Positions 60,288 through 64,000 of a stretch of 64,000 nt of DNA are shown piece after piece. Origin of the DNA: Minisyncoccota bacterium (lineage in GTDB: Bacteria > Patescibacteriota > Minisyncoccia > Phycocordibacterales > PALSA-1337); NCBI GenBank assembly GCA_041665325.1, contig JBAYJB010000001.1:162817-226816 (forward strand), in the 5' to 3' direction. Made by a program: the position numbers and the translations under genes. The notes under the pieces were generated by a model. That model saw only the letters and a list, made by a program, of their open reading frames with translations, ran no database searches and was not told the origin of the DNA. Position 1 is the first letter of the stretch. Each line of letters starts with the position of its first letter.

Positions 60288-61385
60288 TCAGCTGATCAGC
60301 TTCGCTATATCTTTCCAAGTCACCGCCACCATGAGGATCATGAGCAGGGCAAATCCGACGAGATTAGCGGAGTTGGCGAACCGAGCCGGGATGCGGCGGC
60401 GGAAAGCTCCTTCGATGAGCACGAAGAGGATGCGGCCACCGTCCAAGGCCGGGAATGGGATCAGGTTGACCACGCCCAGGTTGATCGAGATGATAGCCGT
60501 GATCATGAGCAGGTATGTAAATCCGAGCTCGGCGGCATTGCCCACGATGCCGGCGATACCGATCGGGCCGGCCACATCGGAGAAGTTCGGCGCGCCGCGG
60601 AAGATATTGGCGAGGAATGTATAGAGTCCGATGACTGTCTCCTTGATCATGACCAGGGTGTAATGGAGACTTTCCGAGACCGCGCTCCAGATCGGCAGGC
60701 GTAGGTCGGCGATATTATCCATAGAGATACCGATGGCGTATCGGCCCTGGACGAAGCCCGCTAGTGGGACAATCTCGGCGGTCCCCAATACGTCGCCGCG
60801 AAGATAGTGCACTGTGACGGAACCGCCATCGCCGGCATTGACCGCCGCTTGGACTTCCTCGACGGATTGGCGCTGTCCGGTTGCGATGGAGCCGACCGAC
60901 TCGATGACATCGCCCTCCTTGAGACCGGCTTTCTCGGCCGGAGATGCCGGCAGGACATATGTGATCATGATCCTTTGGTTCTGGAACCGGGCGGCATACT
61001 TCTCAAAACCGTCGACTGAAGCCGTGACTCCGGTGCCGAAGACACATGCATAGATGAGCCAGGCGAACAGGAAATTCATGAGCACTCCGGAGGCCAGCAC
61101 AATCACCTGCTGCCAGCGCGGCTTGTTCACGAAGCTCCGCAAAGCATCTGGGCCACTTGTCGCCTCTTCATCTGGATTCTCCCCGTGGATCCTGACAAAC
61201 CCGCCGAATGGAATCCAGTTGATGCCGTATTCTGTCTCCCCTCTGCGCCAAGCGATAAGCTTCGGTCCGAAACCGATCTTGAAGGCATCCACTCTGATGC
61301 CGCAGGCCCGGGCAGTCAAAAAATGCCCAAGCTCATGGACAAAGATCAGGACCGCGAGGACAATGATGAATATAACGACGGTCAT
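60288..61385 (-). CDS. rseP: RseP-like site-2 protease (M50 family zinc metalloprotease with PDZ)
   Basis: HELGHFLTARACG (HExxH in TM1). PDZ region. C-terminal LDGG motif (NLIPFPALDGGRILFV). Confidence 0.85.
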   Translation of the reverse strand: MTVVIFIIVLAVLIFVHELGHFLTARACGIRVDAFKIGFGPKLIAWRRGETEYGINWIPFGGFVRIHGENPDEEATSGPDALRSFVNKPRWQQVIVLASGVLMNFLFAWLIYACVFGTGVTASVDGFEKYAARFQNQRIMITYVLPASPAEKAGLKEGDVIESVGSIATGQRQSVEEVQAAVNAGDGGSVTVHYLRGDVLGTAEIVPLAGFVQGRYAIGISMDNIADLRLPIWSAVSESLHYTLVMIKETVIGLYTFLANIFRGAPNFSDVAGPIGIAGIVGNAAELGFTYLLMITAIISINLGVVNLIPFPALDGGRILFVLIEGAFRRRIPARFANSANLVGFALLMILMVAVTWKDIAKLIS

Positions 61386-61960
61386 CAGTTCAAGATCTCT
61401 TTCTCCTTCTTGGCGTAAGCATCTTCGAATTTCTTGTTGGCGTCGTCGACGAGCTTCTGGACGTCTTTCTGCAGGCGGAAGATCTCATCCTTCCCATAAC
61501 CACCGGCCTTCTCCTTGGCATTGAGATCTTTGACGACATGGTCGCGATATCCGCGAATCTGCTTCTTGGCTTCTTCTAGCTTGTCCTTGGCCACCTTGGC
61601 GAAGTCTTTGCGTTTGTCGGAAGTGAGCTCGGGGAAATTGACCCTGACACCCTGATCGTCGACGGATACAGAGACGCCGATATTTGCGATATTGATGGCC
61701 TTCTCGATCTCTTTGACCTGAGCTTTGTCCCAAGGTGAGATCCGGAGGGTCCGAGCTCCCTCGATCATGATGCTGGCCACTTCCTTGAGCGGCGTCGGAA
61801 CACCGTAGACCTCGACACGTACGGCATCGAGGACGATCGGCGAGGCCTGACCGGTACGGATCTGCTGGAGCTCCTTCTTGAGCCACTCTTCGGCGCCGGC
61901 AACCTGCTTCTTGAACGGATTAAAGTCGTAAGCCATATATGTCTGTATTATAGCACTCAA
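61385..61960 (-). CDS. frr: Ribosome recycling factor
   Basis: RTGQASPIVLDAVRVEVYGVPTPLKEVASI... is the typical RRF signature. 1-nt overlap with rseP. Confidence 0.9.
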   Translation of the reverse strand: MSAIIQTYMAYDFNPFKKQVAGAEEWLKKELQQIRTGQASPIVLDAVRVEVYGVPTPLKEVASIMIEGARTLRISPWDKAQVKEIEKAINIANIGVSVSVDDQGVRVNFPELTSDKRKDFAKVAKDKLEEAKKQIRGYRDHVVKDLNAKEKAGGYGKDEIFRLQKDVQKLVDDANKKFEDAYAKKEKEILN

Positions 61961-62640
61961 ACATTCAAAGCAACATATTCGAGGAGCATCTTGAGCGAGG
62001 GGGCACGATCGTTCATATATGTCCGGGCGTTTGCGACTGCTTCGAGTGATCTGACGTGCTCTTTCACTCCCCCTGCGTGGATGACCTCTTCGAGCGCGTT
62101 CATGAAGTTCAGTGCGTCTTGTTTTGGTCTTTTTTCCTTGGCGATCTCATCCATGAGCGATTTTACGTATTCCAATCTATCCTTCTTGGTGGATTTGACA
62201 AATTTTTCGGCAGATCCGAGAAGTGCGGGATCTGATACAGCGCGCCCGGCGCTTTCACCGATGAATGAGAGGCGCGACTTCACGGTCGGCAGGAGTAAGT
62301 GCGCGGACGGGATGATTAGAAAGAAGTGAGAATCGACGGGAGCCTCTTCGAGCAATTTGAGCAGGGCGTTTTGTGCCTCGACGGTGATCCCATTCATCGT
62401 CAAGATAAATATCTTCTTGCCCGACTCATTCACTGGCCGTGTTTCCGCTAATGATTTGACTTCCCTCGCCTCATCGATGGTCATCGTCTCATAACGGCGA
62501 TCGAAGAAGTCAGGGTTGCCGTGTGTTTTGATCTTGTGAGTTTTCTCGAGAATAGAAACGAGCTCGGCCTTGGCAACGTCATTGCCGACGAGACAATAGG
62601 CGTGGTGAGAGAGGGTTTTGAGGGAGACGGAGAGGGGCAT
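61957..62640 (-). CDS. holB: DNA polymerase III delta-prime-like clamp-loader subunit
   Basis: HAYCLVGN (Walker-A-like degenerate). IFILTMNGITVEAQNALLKLLEEAP. LLPTVKSR (SRC motif region). 227 aa. Confidence 0.65.
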   Translation of the reverse strand: MPLSVSLKTLSHHAYCLVGNDVAKAELVSILEKTHKIKTHGNPDFFDRRYETMTIDEAREVKSLAETRPVNESGKKIFILTMNGITVEAQNALLKLLEEAPVDSHFFLIIPSAHLLLPTVKSRLSFIGESAGRAVSDPALLGSAEKFVKSTKKDRLEYVKSLMDEIAKEKRPKQDALNFMNALEEVIHAGGVKEHVRSLEAVANARTYMNDRAPSLKMLLEYVALNV

Positions 62641-62811
62641 GGGTCAATTGTACATTTAATCTCCATAAAAGATAAAGGCCAATACAAATTGTCAATCCAC
62701 TGGGGTGTTTAGAACCTACTTGGTTGACAAATCCGTGAAGTCGCATAAGGTGGAATCAGACTTATAGTCCCCGCATCAAGCGGGCTCACAACAGAATAGG
62801 AACCACCCATC

Positions 62812-64000
62812 ATGATAACCAGATACTCAGACACGACGATAGTGAAAAGCGCGAGCCTGGACGAGAAATACAAACGCTGGCAAACGGTCGAATTGGCCGT
62901 CATCCAAGCCAGGGAAAATCTCGGTCAAATCCCCAAGGACACGCACCACGATATCAATGCCATCTTGAATGACAGACCCATCGACGGCAAGTGGATCGAC
63001 GAGCGCGAGAAGATCGTCAAGCACGACCTCAACGCCTTCATCGAGGAGCGGATGCGGCATCTGCCCGTCGAGCTCCAGGCATACTGGCACAAAGGCATGA
63101 CCTCATACGACACCGAAGAAGCTGCCTTCGCCATGATGCTCTCGGAAGCCTGTCTCCAGATCTCCATGGCGACCTCCGGCCTGCTCAGAGAGATCCGTAA
63201 TCTCTCCATCAAGTACCGGTACACCCCCATGAATGGACGCACTCACGGCCAAGAAGCGGAGATGCAATCCTTCGGGAAAAGGTGCCTTACCTGGTACTGC
63301 GACCTGAGAGCTGCGCAAGCGACACTCAGACAACAGATGGACAACCTCAAGTACTCCAAGCTCTCCGGCGCCATCGGCACCAACAGCGGCGTGAGCCCTG
63401 AGGTCGAGGAGGAAGCTCTGAAGCTTCTCGGGCTGCTGCCGTGGATCGGCGCCACCCAGATCATGCCCCGCGTGCTCTACGCGCCGATCGCAGACGCCTT
63501 GGCCAACCAAGTGCTGGTCGTCGAAAAGATCGCGCTCGATATCCGTCTCATGTCGCGCAGCGGCCACCCTCTCTGCCATGAGCCATTTGGCAAATTGCAG
63601 AAGGGTTCGTCCGCCATGCCCCACAAGAAGAACAACATCGGGTGCGAGAATACGGCCGGGATGGCCACGATGGCGGCGAAGTATGCCGAGGGCATCCGTC
63701 AGAATATCGTCACTTGGGAGGAGCGCGCCATCGAGCAATCCTGCGTCGAACGCGTCTTCTGGCCTGATCTTTTCCACGTGACGATCAAGGCCCTGAAAAC
63801 CATGACGTCCATAGTTGGCGGCATGAAGGTCTACCCCGACAATATGATGATCGAGATCATCGAATCACGCGGCACATATGCCTCTAACGCCGCCAAGGAA
63901 TTCCTGACGGAACACGGCCTCCAGGTCGGATTGTCCCGTGAGGAATGCTATCGCATCGTCCAGCTGGCCTGCGCCAATGCCTTCCAGCCGAGCGAGATAG
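62812..64000 (+). CDS. purB: Adenylosuccinate lyase, 5' portion (gene continues beyond the window)
   Basis: MITRYSDTTIVKSASLDEKYKRWQTVELAVIQA... matches the PurB N-terminus. The fumarate-lyase signature GSSAMPHKKNN is present. No stop within the window. Confidence 0.8.
   Translation, partial: MITRYSDTTIVKSASLDEKYKRWQTVELAVIQARENLGQIPKDTHHDINAILNDRPIDGKWIDEREKIVKHDLNAFIEERMRHLPVELQAYWHKGMTSYDTEEAAFAMMLSEACLQISMATSGLLREIRNLSIKYRYTPMNGRTHGQEAEMQSFGKRCLTWYCDLRAAQATLRQQMDNLKYSKLSGAIGTNSGVSPEVEEEALKLLGLLPWIGATQIMPRVLYAPIADALANQVLVVEKIALDIRLMSRSGHPLCHEPFGKLQKGSSAMPHKKNNIGCENTAGMATMAAKYAEGIRQNIVTWEERAIEQSCVERVFWPDLFHVTIKALKTMTSIVGGMKVYPDNMMIEIIESRGTYASNAAKEFLTEHGLQVGLSREECYRIVQLACANAFQPSEI

Noticed and set aside
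62641-62811. Possible purine riboswitch in the 170-nt leader of purB
   Set aside because: The leader has only a short hairpin (CCCGC-atcaa-GCGGG). It has none of the conserved purine-riboswitch junction and loop sequences.
1-64000. CRISPR arrays, rRNA genes, transposases/integrases
   Set aside because: No regularly spaced direct repeats, no rRNA-like sequence, and no DDE/tyrosine-recombinase-like ORFs were seen anywhere in the window. The AT-rich inserts lack recognisable mobility genes.

Overview
This 64-kb window looks like a reduced-genome bacterial chromosome; the Patescibacteria/CPR-like assignment is an inference. The evidence is compact aminoacyl-tRNA synthetases (ProRS without INS, AlaRS without C-Ala), many small membrane or secreted hypothetical proteins, little fatty-acid or purine metabolism, and GC of roughly 55-60% by eye with sharply AT-rich patches.

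Core content, almost all on the minus strand: rplI; rpmA; gltX; murG-ftsW-scpB-scpA; trpS; a split chaperone region grpE / dnaK / dnaJ; rpsI-rplM; the alpha operon infA-rpmJ-rpsM-rpsK-rpsD-rpoA-rplQ; alaS; mnmA; mltG; leuS; ychF; zwf; ddl; uvrC; tatD; valS; tsaD (+ strand); mreB-mreC; proS; rseP-frr-holB; and the 5' part of purB (+ strand). Six tRNA genes sit in an accessory hotspot at about 41.9-46.3 kb: Val-CAC, Pro-GGG, Ala-GGC, Pro-CGG, Ala-CGC and Ala-UGC, all three Ala tRNAs with the G3:U70 identity pair. Several rho-independent terminators and consensus sigma70-like promoters are visible.

The most unusual object is a 1306-aa LeuRS carrying three inserted hydrolase modules (two canonical Nudix boxes and a GHSLG alpha/beta-hydrolase), on AT-rich DNA that is compositionally foreign by eye. 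Other notable items:
- an AT-rich single-gene island encoding a secreted HExxH protein next to a tRNA cluster;
- a delta-9-type fatty-acid desaturase flanked by tRNAs;
- an operon mnmA / ATP-cone+REase-like nuclease / MazG-like NTP pyrophosphatase / family-4 UDG;
- an AT-rich insertion inside valS;
- a C39-like cysteine peptidase cotranscribed with proS;
- a degenerate PilM/FtsA-like actin-fold protein paired with a large bitopic membrane protein.

No rRNA, CRISPR array or recognisable transposase was seen.
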